Source: Helicobacter sp.
GTDB taxonomy: Bacteria > Campylobacterota > Campylobacteria > Campylobacterales > Helicobacteraceae
DNA length: 40,786 nt
Assembly (NCBI GenBank): GCA_029264655.1
Contig: JARHZY010000163.1
Span: 1-40,786, forward strand
Reading direction: 5' to 3'
Translations under genes and position numbers: made by a program
Part shown: positions 29,937-40,388 of the stretch, one piece after another
Numbering within the stretch: position 1 is the first letter of the stretch
Layout of the letters: every line of letters starts with the position of its first letter
The notes under the pieces: model-generated
Databases searched by the model: none
What the model was told of the DNA's origin: nothing
The model's input: only the letters and a program-made list of their open reading frames with translations

Positions 29937-31394
29937 ATGAAAAATACAAGTTGTCATACATTGATAAAAGTATTTGCGATATTGCCATTAAGTTTATGCT
30001 TAAGCCATGCATTTAATGTAACAGATGCACCATCTTTTACACGTTCTACCCCATCTAGTAATCCAAATGTTGTGTTTTCTTACCATGATGCTATTAAAAA
30101 TGCAACAAAAGCAGTTGTTAATATTACAACAGAAAGAAAAATTGGTGGTGGTGATTCGCCCTTTAATGATCCCTTTTTTCAACAATTTTTTGGAGATATG
30201 ATGCCCCAAGACAGATTGCAAGGAGGTATTGGCTCTGGTGTTATTATTACAAGTAATGGCTATATTGTAACAAATAGCCATGTTATTAAAGGAGCTGATA
30301 AGATCCATGTAACATTACCCGGTGATACTAAAAAATATCCTGCAAAATTAATTGGCGAAGATTCACAAAGCGACATTGCGGTAATTAAAATAGAACGCAA
30401 TAATCTCCCTGTGCTCTCATTTGCTGAAAGTAGCCGTTATGCTGTTGGAGATATTGTGTTTGCCATTGGTAATCCTTTTGGTGTTGGTGAAAGTGTAACG
30501 CAGGGTATTATCTCTGCGTTAAATAAAAATGGTTTTGGTATCAGCAATTATGAAAATTTTATTCAAACCGATGCAAGCATTAATCCGGGTAATTCTGGGG
30601 GTGCACTTATTGATAGTAGAGGCGCATTTATTGGCATGAATACCGCTATTATTTCAAGGACTGGCGGTAATCATGGCATTGGTTTTGCTATTCCATCAGA
30701 AATGGTAAAAAATGTAGCCACTGAACTCATCAAAAGCGGTAAGGTAAGACGTGGTTTTCTTGGGATAAATATCAAAGACTTGGATTCTGAAATTGCAAAT
30801 ACTTATGGTGATGCACAAGGTGCGTTGGTTGTTGGCATGCAAGCAAATTCTCCTGCACAAAAAGCAGGTTTAGCTGTATGGGATTTAATCACAGCTGTAA
30901 ATGGTAAGCCTGTTAAAAGTGCTGCTGAACTGCGTAATCTTATTGGTTCTATACCTCCGCACCAAACCATTACACTCACCTTTTTACGCAATAGTATGAA
31001 GGGAAATGCACCAAGCCTTGAAACAAAGCAAATCAAACTTATACTTGCAGAACAACCACAAAGCAGTAATACCATATCAAGTAAAACTAATACAACAACG
31101 CCAAGTGGTGGCTCCTTTGATGGATTAAGTATTGAAAATCTAACAGGGCAGTTGCGTCAAGCATATCGTGTGCCTAGTGATATTAATGGGGCACTTGTAA
31201 GCGATGTGCAACGCAATTCAAAAGCACAAGAACTTGGATTCCAAAAAGGTGATATTATTTCGCAAGTAGAAAATATGGCAATTAAGAATGCAACTGATTT
31301 TCAGAATGCTATTAGAGCGTATAACGGAAAACCAAAACGCATACTTATTTACAATATCGTAAGCAATGAGGTAAAAACTATTATTGCACCCTAA
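29937..31394 (+). CDS. htrA: Periplasmic serine protease/chaperone HtrA (DegP/DegQ)
   Basis: Signal peptide, TNSHV / SDIAV / GNSGG triad, two PDZ domains; AAGGAG RBS. Confidence 0.97.
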   Translation: MKNTSCHTLIKVFAILPLSLCLSHAFNVTDAPSFTRSTPSSNPNVVFSYHDAIKNATKAVVNITTERKIGGGDSPFNDPFFQQFFGDMMPQDRLQGGIGSGVIITSNGYIVTNSHVIKGADKIHVTLPGDTKKYPAKLIGEDSQSDIAVIKIERNNLPVLSFAESSRYAVGDIVFAIGNPFGVGESVTQGIISALNKNGFGISNYENFIQTDASINPGNSGGALIDSRGAFIGMNTAIISRTGGNHGIGFAIPSEMVKNVATELIKSGKVRRGFLGINIKDLDSEIANTYGDAQGALVVGMQANSPAQKAGLAVWDLITAVNGKPVKSAAELRNLIGSIPPHQTITLTFLRNSMKGNAPSLETKQIKLILAEQPQSSNTISSKTNTTTPSGGSFDGLSIENLTGQLRQAYRVPSDINGALVSDVQRNSKAQELGFQKGDIISQVENMAIKNATDFQNAIRAYNGKPKRILIYNIVSNEVKTIIAP

Positions 31395-31468
31395 ATAATA
31401 ATTTTGTATTCTGTATTACATATCATATTATGCAGTATTTTGTTAATATTATATTTGTTTTCTGCCGA

Positions 31469-31474
31469 TATAAT
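31469..31474 (+). promoter_or_regulatory. Candidate -10 box of the rpoD promoter
   Basis: TATAAT about 40 nt upstream of the ATG, preceded by T-rich tracts. Confidence 0.45.
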
Positions 31475-31513
31475 TAAGGATTTTAGTATCCTAATTATTA
31501 TAAGGAGTAAAAA

Positions 31514-33397
31514 ATGGCAGCAAGCAAACTTAACGAGCAACTTGAGCATTTATTTAAACATACAAAGGAAAATTATATTTCCTATGAAATGATTGCACAA
31601 ACAATCGATACGGAACCTAGTATGGCAGTCATACAAAAGATTAAATCTCTTTGCAAAACGCACAAAAAGCAACTCATTAGTTCATCTGAAATGGCGAAAA
31701 ATCTCAATGAACAAGATAAAATTAAAGCAGACCGCATTAAACAAAAAAATATCGAGGAATCATTAAGCGAAGAATTTGATTTTCAGCGCGAACGTGAATT
31801 GCTTGAGTGGAGTAGAAGTGATAGCCCAGTGCGTATGTATTTACGTGAAATGGGGCAAATACCCCTACTAAGCAAAGAAGAAGAAATCAATCTAAGTAAA
31901 GATATGGAAAAAGGCGAAGATATTATTATTGATGCGATATGTTCTGTGCCTTATTTGATTGATTTTATTTATGATTATAAAGAAGCTCTTATTAATAGAG
32001 AGAGACGCGTAAAAGAACTCTTTAAAAGCTTTGATGACCCACAAAGTGATGATGATTCTGATGATATTGAATTTGATGAATTAGACGAGGATTTTGATGA
32101 AGAAAATAAACCAAAAACGCGTAAAAACACAAAAGCAGATGAAGTGCGTATTGAAAAAGTGCTTGAAAGTTTTCAGGCATTAAATGATGCAAAAAATGAT
32201 TGGCTTCATATTCTTCAGGAAGACAATGAATTAGAGGCTAAAGGTGTTGTGCGAACCGGAGATGAAGCACTCTTGCACACACTTATGCTTGCTCATAAAA
32301 AACATATTTTAAAACAACGACTTCTTAGTTTGGGACCAACAAGCAAACTTATTAATGAGCTTACAAAAGCTATGGAAAATAGTCTAAAAAATGATGATGG
32401 CTTTGAGCGGGAGTTAAAGAGATTGGAATATAGGCTTAATCTTTTTAATGATACATTGCGTGAAAATCATCAGCAATTATTGCAAAACATTACAAATATG
32501 ACACGTGAGGAAATTGCAGCACAAGTGCCAGAAAATACAATGGTTGGCACATATGTTGAATTGCAAAAACTATACCGAACGCGTGAAGCAAGCCAAAGTG
32601 GTTTTAATCTTGAATCAGAAAAACTCAAAGAAATTTTAGAGCAAATTAAACGCGGTAAAAGAATCTCTGATACTGCAAAAACAAAAATGAGCAGAAGTAA
32701 CTTGCGACTTGTTGTTAGCATTGCAAAACGTTATACAAACAGAGGATTACCTTTTTTAGATTTGATACAAGAGGGTAATATCGGGCTTATGAAAGCTGTT
32801 GATAAATTCGAATACCGCAAACAATATAAATTTTCCACTTATGCTACTTGGTGGATAAAACAAGCAATTAGTAGAGCCATAGCGGACCAAGCACGCACTA
32901 TTCGTATCCCAATCCATATGATTGATACAATTAACAAGATTAAAAATCTAATGCGTAAGCATGCACAAGAAAAAGGTGAAGAACTCGACGTGGAATCAAT
33001 TGCAAATCAAGTTGGGTTAAGTGTTGATAAAGTAAAAAATGTTATTAAAATCACAAAAGAACCAATTAGCCTTGAAGCACCAATTGGTAATGATGATGAT
33101 GGAAAATTTGGTGATTTTGTTGAAGATAAAAGCACAATAAGTTCAATGGATGCTATGCTGAAAGAAGATTTACGCCATCAGATTGACAATGTCCTTGACC
33201 AACTTAATGAACGCGAAAAAGCTGTTATTAAAATGCGTTTTGGCTTACTTGAGGATGAGAGTGATAGAACATTAGAAGAAATTGGTAAGGCACTCAATGT
33301 TACAAGGGAACGTGTGCGTCAAATTGAATCAAGTGCAATTAAAAAGCTAAAGCACCCAAGAATAGGCAGACAACTGCGACAATATCTAGGTGGTTAA
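31514..33397 (+). CDS. rpoD: RNA polymerase primary sigma factor
   Basis: [57 protein letters not shown]...TRERVRQIE. Confidence 0.98.
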   Translation: MAASKLNEQLEHLFKHTKENYISYEMIAQTIDTEPSMAVIQKIKSLCKTHKKQLISSSEMAKNLNEQDKIKADRIKQKNIEESLSEEFDFQRERELLEWSRSDSPVRMYLREMGQIPLLSKEEEINLSKDMEKGEDIIIDAICSVPYLIDFIYDYKEALINRERRVKELFKSFDDPQSDDDSDDIEFDELDEDFDEENKPKTRKNTKADEVRIEKVLESFQALNDAKNDWLHILQEDNELEAKGVVRTGDEALLHTLMLAHKKHILKQRLLSLGPTSKLINELTKAMENSLKNDDGFERELKRLEYRLNLFNDTLRENHQQLLQNITNMTREEIAAQVPENTMVGTYVELQKLYRTREASQSGFNLESEKLKEILEQIKRGKRISDTAKTKMSRSNLRLVVSIAKRYTNRGLPFLDLIQEGNIGLMKAVDKFEYRKQYKFSTYATWWIKQAISRAIADQARTIRIPIHMIDTINKIKNLMRKHAQEKGEELDVESIANQVGLSVDKVKNVIKITKEPISLEAPIGNDDDGKFGDFVEDKSTISSMDAMLKEDLRHQIDNVLDQLNEREKAVIKMRFGLLEDESDRTLEEIGKALNVTRERVRQIESSAIKKLKHPRIGRQLRQYLGG

Positions 33398-33415
33398 ATC
33401 TAATATATACTTTGC

Positions 33416-33450
33416 AATCATAATAAAAGAATAAAGCTTTTTTTATGATT
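33416..33450 (+). terminator. Terminator-like hairpin after rpoD
   Basis: AATCATAATAAAAG / CTTTTTTTATGATT inverted repeat (1 mismatch). Confidence 0.55.
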
Positions 33451-33633
33451 CTTATACCCAAAAAACACATATAACAATGGAGCAATAAATCTCTTTTTTA
33501 CTTTGATATACTAAACGTTATGCACCTAAATAAAACAATAAAACATTACTACTATTAACTTTCTAATTAATAAAAGTATGCTAAAATAAATTAGTTGAGG
33601 TATTTATTTTTGAATACATACAAAAGGATTAAT

Positions 33634-34281
33634 ATGCAAACTATCCAATTCCAACAAACAAATATTATGACAAAAAAACTTTTACAAAAAAAAGGTGCTA
33701 AAGCATTATTGAGTAGTAATTTTCAAAGTGCATTTTATCTTTTTGAGAGTGCATTTTGGCTTGATACTAATGACTTAGATTCTAAAATTGGACTTTATCT
33801 TGCAGATATGGGTATGGATTTTGGACAAGAGGCAGTTGGTATTTATGAATTTTATCAAAGTATTCTTGCATCTGAAAAACGTTCAAACAAATACCGAGTC
33901 CAACGCATGATACTTTCACTTATTGAAGCATTTGATAATAAAACACATAAACTTTCAAAAGCTATGCAACATAGTAAAAATGTAGCTATGGAGAGCTATG
34001 ATGCTATTAATTATGCTGATATTAAGGTTATGTTAAAAACTAAAGGTTTTAAAGAAATATATAGTGGGTTACCCGTTAATACTAAACTTGTGTTTGGGCA
34101 AAAAAGCGATTTTTATGAATTTCTATCACTATTGGTGCAACATGACTATATTGAAGCATTGTTACACTATATTGATGCATTGCCACGATATGATATAGAG
34201 CTTATCCCTTTAATTGAAGCAGCAAATAATAAATTATTAGCAAAAAGTAAAACCAAAAAAAGACAAAAAGTATCAAAATGA
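33634..34281 (+). CDS. Conserved hypothetical helical (TPR-like) protein upstream of murE
   Basis: AAGGA RBS; ATGA overlap with murE; KIGLYLADMG and INYADIK motifs resemble the Campylobacterota gene usually found before murE. Confidence 0.75.
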   Translation: MQTIQFQQTNIMTKKLLQKKGAKALLSSNFQSAFYLFESAFWLDTNDLDSKIGLYLADMGMDFGQEAVGIYEFYQSILASEKRSNKYRVQRMILSLIEAFDNKTHKLSKAMQHSKNVAMESYDAINYADIKVMLKTKGFKEIYSGLPVNTKLVFGQKSDFYEFLSLLVQHDYIEALLHYIDALPRYDIELIPLIEAANNKLLAKSKTKKRQKVSK

Positions 34282-35684
34282 GAGTGCATATTACAGATGA
34301 TACGCGTAAGATTGGCATAGATTCTCTTTTTCTCAAAACACCACAAAATCAACATTTTATAGAATCTTTGCCATCACATACAAAGATTATCGAACGCGAT
34401 ATGCTACCGCATTATTTTAATACACAAATTAAACTTATTGGTATTACAGGCACAAATGGCAAAACAACAACTGCCGCAGCAATTTATTCTATTTTACTTG
34501 ATATGGGCTATAAAGTGGCATTGCTTGGCACACGTGGTATGTTTGTCAATGATATACAAAAAAAACCAAAAGGGCTTACTACTCCAAGTCTTTTAGAACT
34601 TTATGAAGATATAGATATGGCAACAACACTTGGTTGTGATTTTTTTGTTATGGAAGTAAGCTCACATGCAATTAAACAAGAGCGTATTTATGGTTTAGAT
34701 TTTTGTCTTAAAGTGCTTACAAATATTACAAGCGATCATCTTGACTATCATAAAACTTGGGAAGATTATTGCCATACAAAAATGCAATTTTTGCAAAGTG
34801 GCACATGCCCAAAAATTATTAATCTTGATGATAAAAGTGGGGCAAATATGCGTTTTTATTCTCATGTGCTTACTTATGGGATAGAATCTAAGGGGCATTT
34901 ATTTGTGAATGCATATGGCTTGCAAGATGGGATTTTTGCACAGATTGGCTTACGCATGCCAAAATCTAAAGATCGCATACCACAAACTAATACTGCAATG
35001 CAAGAATGCGTATTAGAATCTCCTTTATTTGGACTTTTCAATCTCTATAACCTGATGGCAGCAATATTAGCAACATATGCAATAACGCACAGCGATTTAC
35101 AAGTAATTTGTGAGCATATACAACATTTTGGTGGTGTCTCTGGACGCATGGAGATTGTAAGTAGTAATCCTTTAGTTATTGTTGATTTTGCCCATACAAC
35201 AGATGGTATGAAGCAAATATTTGAATCATTTAAAACACGAAACATAAGTGTTGTATTTGGTGCAGGGGGTGATAGAGATAGAAGCAAACGTGCAAAAATG
35301 GGTGCATGTGCAGCACTCTATGCAAAAAAAATATATATTACAAACGACAATCCCCGCAGTGAAGAGCCTCTAAGTATTGCACAAGAAATTGCATGTGGGG
35401 TATTAGCCAAGCATACAACCAATGCCGATGCAATGCAGCAAACAACACATACAACATTTAAGGAAAATATACCCTATATTTTTCAAGCTAAAGGTGCTAA
35501 TGGGAGTATGCAAATTATTCTTGATAGATTCCAAGCGTTACAGCATGCCCTGCATGAATTACCAAAAGATTGGGTGCTACTTGTGTTAGGTAAGGGCGAT
35601 GAATGCATGCAAATCTTTAAAGAACACGAAGTGTATTTTAGTGATAAAGAATGCGTGCAATCAATCTTAAATACAATCCATTAA
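34278..35684 (+). CDS. murE: UDP-MurNAc-Ala-Glu:meso-DAP ligase
   Basis: GITGTNGKTT, MEVSSH, TNITSDHLDYH, VDFAHT, GAGGDRD, DNPRSE (DAP-specific), LGKGDE. Confidence 0.97.
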   Translation: MRVHITDDTRKIGIDSLFLKTPQNQHFIESLPSHTKIIERDMLPHYFNTQIKLIGITGTNGKTTTAAAIYSILLDMGYKVALLGTRGMFVNDIQKKPKGLTTPSLLELYEDIDMATTLGCDFFVMEVSSHAIKQERIYGLDFCLKVLTNITSDHLDYHKTWEDYCHTKMQFLQSGTCPKIINLDDKSGANMRFYSHVLTYGIESKGHLFVNAYGLQDGIFAQIGLRMPKSKDRIPQTNTAMQECVLESPLFGLFNLYNLMAAILATYAITHSDLQVICEHIQHFGGVSGRMEIVSSNPLVIVDFAHTTDGMKQIFESFKTRNISVVFGAGGDRDRSKRAKMGACAALYAKKIYITNDNPRSEEPLSIAQEIACGVLAKHTTNADAMQQTTHTTFKENIPYIFQAKGANGSMQIILDRFQALQHALHELPKDWVLLVLGKGDECMQIFKEHEVYFSDKECVQSILNTIH

Positions 35685-36344
35685 TGTAATATATAAAACA
35701 TAGAAATTACATGCTTATATAAAATATCTATAATCACATGAGTTATATTTATGCTTTTCTAACATGAGGTATAACAGCATACAGAAAGTACTCACAAACC
35801 AATAAGTTGTTATCCTATCTATAAGTTTAAAGTCAAAGTTTAGATGATTAGTATCAAAGATTACATAGAGTTGCTTAGTAAATATGCGAAAATATCATAT
35901 GTGTTATTTTATAGGATTATATAGATTAAAATTCTATAAAATTCACTATATGCCTTAATGTTTCATGATAAAGTTTAATTATATGAAAATATATAGTATG
36001 TTTATATCAAAAACAGCATAAAATATTTATATAAATTTATATTTTCTAATTAAATATGCTTTTTGCCAATATAAGAGTGATACTCCAATAATGTAGTTTG
36101 TATAATACATTTTTGAATTTAGTGCTTTGGCGTAATTTATAGCAATATAATTTTATCTATTTTAAAGAACTTGGATTTGTATCATTTAATTAACCAAATA
36201 AATATTATAAAAAGCTTACTAGATTAAAGTGTTGCTTAAAAAATATTTAATACCAATGTTTTATAATTATGGCTTACACTCCGCCATAAATTTATACATA
36301 AAATATCTTTTTAGTATTTTACTGCCGTATATAAATTTATTTCA

Positions 36345-39300
36345 TTATGCTTTATTCTTGCCAAAATGAATACTAAAGTTTATCTCTGAACCATCAAATA
36401 TTTCATGCAATTTCTCTTTTGGAGTATTCTTAAAAAAGTCAATCAAAGAATCTGCATCAAGGTCTTTTATATGCTGTGTATCTCTTATGCTATCTACATG
36501 TTCCTGTGCATCATCTTCTTGTGGTATTTGTGTTTGCGTATTATCTAATGGCATATCATCTGTATTTAATGGTATAGATTCTGCAATATCTAATTGCCTA
36601 TTATCTTGTTTGGCTTCCTCCTCTAAAGACTGCTCTAAACGTATAATTGGCACATCGCAACTTTCCCCCAAAGCTTCAGCTAATTCTGTTTCTGTAATAT
36701 TTTCAATAGATTCTTCACTAGATGGCAAAGTAACATAAAGCATTTCATCACTATGTGGTATGGTTGCCTCACTTTCTGCTATTTTATTAACAGAATCTTG
36801 TATGAAAAGATTATCAGATTCTTCTGAATCTAGTGGAATAGATTCTGTATTTTCTTCTAAAGCAGTATCAATATCTGCAAGCATATCATCTAATGCATTA
36901 GAATCTTGTAATGTTGTTTCTTTATCTTGCATTGTTAATTGCTCTGTAAGCATATCATCTTTATTAGCGATTGTATCAATATCTAAATCCAAAGCAACAT
37001 CATGTCCATCTAAGTCTAAACTATTGGCAGAATCTAATGAAGTATTAAGCAATCCATCAAGCATATTATCATGTTTTTCCTCATTTTCTTGTGATACATT
37101 GTCTATTGAAGAGGCTTGGTTGTCTAATGATGATTCTTGCATATCTATATCCAAAGGCATATCAAGCAACATATTTATATCATCATCTAGTTTTGTTTCT
37201 TCATCTGTATTTATTATTTTTTGATTATCTATAGCAGTATCATTTGGCATATCTATTAATGCATCATCGTTAATTGCACGTAAAGCTTCATTAACCTCTG
37301 CTAATGTATCTTCAGCCAATATTGTTGGTTTTTGTATGCTATCCTCTTGTGGTGTTGTTTCTTGCCCATCCAAACTAAGCGTATCCATAGATTCTAAATC
37401 GTTTGTATCTAATATAGATTCCAAGTCAATATCTAGCTTTTCTTGTGGATCTTGTATGTCTGCATGAAGAGATGATTCTAAATCATTGCTATTACTTTCT
37501 ACCTCATCTAGCCCTATTTTTGCATTCTTTAACTCATCTAATGTAAGCTCGGCTTGTAAATCTTTTGTATTAGATTCTAAATGCTCATGCAAGGTATCAT
37601 CAAGTATATTTATAGAATCCATATCATTCTCATCTAAAGCAATCTCTTTAGATTCATTATCATGCTTTAAATCCAATGTATCTGGTGTAGTAATACTAGA
37701 ATCTAAATGCGTGCTCTCTAATAACATAGATTCTAAATCATCATCTAGTGATGTAGATTGGCTTTGTGTCTCATCTATTTGTGATGGTATAGCCATAGTC
37801 TGTGTTGGATCGGTTTCATTATCTATATTTTCTATACCCCCTATATCTAATGTTGCTAACTCATCTATTTCTAATTCCTTTGCATTATCTTGTAAAGGAG
37901 CATTATCTTCTTGTGTGGAATCAGCCATTACCAATTCATCTTGTGCTTGCACATCATCTAATTGTGTATCAAATGATAAATTATTAAAAGCACTATCAAG
38001 TGCCGCACTTAGGTCATCAAATGCATCATCAAGTGTGCCGCTTGTAGTATTATCATCTTGGACTTCTTGCTTTTTTAAGGTTTCATCAAGCCCACTTAAA
38101 TCAATGGTATCTATGTGTTCTTTTGTAGTCTTATCATCTATTGCAGGAGATTCTAAATCAAGATTACCCAAATCAACATCTGCAAGCCCCATTTCCTCTA
38201 AATTATCTTTGTTAATGAGTGTAATATCTTGTATTGTAGAGTTTGGCGTATTGTCTAAAGGCACAGAATCTATTGTATGTGTATCTTGGCTATTTTGTTC
38301 GGGATCTATACTATCTGTAATTACTTGCGATTCTAGACTAACATTATTAGATACATTGTCATTTGTATCTTGTAGTGGGTTTTTAGCGTTTTGGGTTGCA
38401 ATTTCTGTATTATCTCCTTGCACCTCATCTATAAGATATTCATGCTCTTTTGGTGCTGCATTGCTATCTGTTTCTAGCAAATCTGCTTGTTCTTTATTAA
38501 TGTTTTCTTCAGCCTCTTTTGCTTTGCGTTCCTCTTCTTCTTGACGTGCTTGCAAAAACTTTTTAGGACTTGGTTGTAATAAATCTCTTTCATCATCACT
38601 TAAAAATAAATCATCTTCATCATCAAGATTATCTGCTACTTCTTTTGCTTCTTCCTCAATTTGACTTGGCATACCAAGACTAGCAGCTTTTAATGCAGAT
38701 GAATCCATAATAGAATCAAGATCAAAATTTGCTAAATCAAGTGGATTATCACTACTTGGTTTTAAATCGCTTAAATCACTATCAAATATTGAACCAACAC
38801 GAGTTTCCTGTGCTTCATGCGAATCCTGATCTGCTATAGCTTGCATATCCTTTTCATCTATTTGGTCTATATTATCTGCTGTATCTTCATGTGGTATTTC
38901 AGATGTAACTTCACCTGCTTCTTCAAGACTTGAGAAATCAAGTGAATCTGGATTAAAATCAAGCATAGAATCTGTATCTTCATTGGCAATTTGCATAGCT
39001 TCTTCTTGTATATTATTTATAGATTCTATACCCTCTGGTGGTGTGATTTCAGCAGACTTTAAATCCATATCAATTTCATTTACAGAATTAATACTACCAT
39101 AATCTAATGTGGAATGGTTATCAACATCTTCAGACAATCCAATATCGCTTTGTTTCTTTATCTCCCCTTCTTTTGGTATGCAGTCATTCAAAATCTCTAA
39201 AATATCAGTAGGTAAAAAAGGTTTTTGGATTGCAATATTAAATTCATGTTTTTTAATTTGTGTTTTACGTGCAAAAAGCAGGCAAACTTTAACTTGGTCT

Positions 39301-39488
39301 TGCAATGCAGTTAATCGCTCAAGGTTTTTGCCTACATTTTCATCATCAACAATAATACATATATAATCATTTGCATTAAAATCAGGGGCTATACGAGCTA
39401 CATTCTCAATTTCAAGATTAAGTTTTTTGCTCGCCATACCAACAAGTTTTTTAATTACTGGATTTTGATTAATTAATAATACTTTCAT
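36345..39488 (-). CDS. chePep: ChePep-like highly acidic chemotaxis protein with N-terminal receiver-like domain
   Basis: Start MKVLLINQNPVIKKLV...KKL, IIVDD, IQKPFLPT (receiver-like); about 900 aa D/E-rich region; C-terminal ELAEALGE and INFSIHF; adjacent to nucT. Confidence 0.8.
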   Translation of the reverse strand: MKVLLINQNPVIKKLVGMASKKLNLEIENVARIAPDFNANDYICIIVDDENVGKNLERLTALQDQVKVCLLFARKTQIKKHEFNIAIQKPFLPTDILEILNDCIPKEGEIKKQSDIGLSEDVDNHSTLDYGSINSVNEIDMDLKSAEITPPEGIESINNIQEEAMQIANEDTDSMLDFNPDSLDFSSLEEAGEVTSEIPHEDTADNIDQIDEKDMQAIADQDSHEAQETRVGSIFDSDLSDLKPSSDNPLDLANFDLDSIMDSSALKAASLGMPSQIEEEAKEVADNLDDEDDLFLSDDERDLLQPSPKKFLQARQEEEERKAKEAEENINKEQADLLETDSNAAPKEHEYLIDEVQGDNTEIATQNAKNPLQDTNDNVSNNVSLESQVITDSIDPEQNSQDTHTIDSVPLDNTPNSTIQDITLINKDNLEEMGLADVDLGNLDLESPAIDDKTTKEHIDTIDLSGLDETLKKQEVQDDNTTSGTLDDAFDDLSAALDSAFNNLSFDTQLDDVQAQDELVMADSTQEDNAPLQDNAKELEIDELATLDIGGIENIDNETDPTQTMAIPSQIDETQSQSTSLDDDLESMLLESTHLDSSITTPDTLDLKHDNESKEIALDENDMDSINILDDTLHEHLESNTKDLQAELTLDELKNAKIGLDEVESNSNDLESSLHADIQDPQEKLDIDLESILDTNDLESMDTLSLDGQETTPQEDSIQKPTILAEDTLAEVNEALRAINDDALIDMPNDTAIDNQKIINTDEETKLDDDINMLLDMPLDIDMQESSLDNQASSIDNVSQENEEKHDNMLDGLLNTSLDSANSLDLDGHDVALDLDIDTIANKDDMLTEQLTMQDKETTLQDSNALDDMLADIDTALEENTESIPLDSEESDNLFIQDSVNKIAESEATIPHSDEMLYVTLPSSEESIENITETELAEALGESCDVPIIRLEQSLEEEAKQDNRQLDIAESIPLNTDDMPLDNTQTQIPQEDDAQEHVDSIRDTQHIKDLDADSLIDFFKNTPKEKLHEIFDGSEINFSIHFGKNKA

Positions 39489-39542
39489 ATACGCTCTCTT
39501 CATTGTAAAATAATGATAATCTGACAAAATTCATTAAATTCA

Positions 39543-39552
39543 TATTATAATA
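39543..39552. promoter_or_regulatory. Palindromic bidirectional -10 element between chePep and nucT
   Basis: TATTATAATA gives TATAAT on both strands in the 99-bp divergent spacer. Confidence 0.5.
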
Positions 39553-39587
39553 CAAAAATGTTTTATTTTTATCTTGTAGGGGTTTAA

Positions 39588-40166
39588 ATGCGAAAAAAAC
39601 TGCATTTTTTATTCACAATAAAGACTTTGTGTAAAAGTTGGCTGATATTTTATACTCTTGTATGCACACTAACACCCATATATGCAAAAGAGCAAATCTA
39701 CCTTATGCCATATGAACAACAAGAGGCATTAAAAGCATTGGTGCATGCTATAAAACAAGCCAACAACAACATTGATATTGCCATTTATAGTTTTACAAAT
39801 AGAGAAATAGCAAAAGCTTTGCGTGATGCAAGCAGTAAGGGCATAAAAATCAATATTATCTATGATATGGGGCAGAAAACAACCGATAATAGCACGATTG
39901 GCTATTTAGAAAAGTTTGCAAACATCCATACTTGTCTTTTAGAAGGTAATTTAGCAAAAAAAGGAAAATATAGGGGTATCATGCACCATAAAATGATTAT
40001 CATTGATGGTAAATTGCTTGGACTTGGTAGCGCAAATTGGAGTAAAAATGCATTTGAAAACAACTATGAATCGCTTTATTTTACAGATTCAGAACATATT
40101 ATCAAAAAAGCAACAAGCTACTACCAACAAATGCTTGCCACTTGCACGCCTTTTGTTACCTATTGA
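39588..40166 (+). CDS. nucT: Phospholipase D-family secreted nuclease (Nuc/NucT)
   Basis: Signal peptide, IDIAIYSFT, single HKD motif HHKMIIID, GSANWS..A...NYE. Confidence 0.88.
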   Translation: MRKKLHFLFTIKTLCKSWLIFYTLVCTLTPIYAKEQIYLMPYEQQEALKALVHAIKQANNNIDIAIYSFTNREIAKALRDASSKGIKINIIYDMGQKTTDNSTIGYLEKFANIHTCLLEGNLAKKGKYRGIMHHKMIIIDGKLLGLGSANWSKNAFENNYESLYFTDSEHIIKKATSYYQQMLATCTPFVTY

Positions 40167-40388
40167 TATAAGATTATTTTTACCATCTGAAGCATTATGT
40201 CTAAAATATAATTTCTATATAGAATAGTCAATGTTGTGGCACTTGTCAAAGTAATATATGAATAGCTTCTTTATGGTATTAGATATTGTTATTGGTATTT
40301 TTAAATTAAATTGCTAGCATATGCCTGCATATTCATAGACTCTATGCTAAACTTACAAGATATTTTAATGCTTAAAGTAAGGGTTATT

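Noticed and set aside
112-35287. Many 60-150 aa ORFs overlapping MCP, DLPs, atpB, mnmE, putA, ABC-F, htrA, rpoD and murE
   Set aside because: They lie within well-supported genes on the opposite strand or in another frame and have no recognisable motifs.
36127-36143. Sigma54-like TGGC...GC element
   Set aside because: GG-GC spacing is off by one and there is no downstream plus-strand gene.
37486-38544. 352-aa Ser-rich plus-strand ORF, plus 36487..36738 and 36760..37224
   Set aside because: Antisense shadows of chePep: GAT/GAA codons read as TCA/TCT/ATC on the other strand; no RBS or domain.
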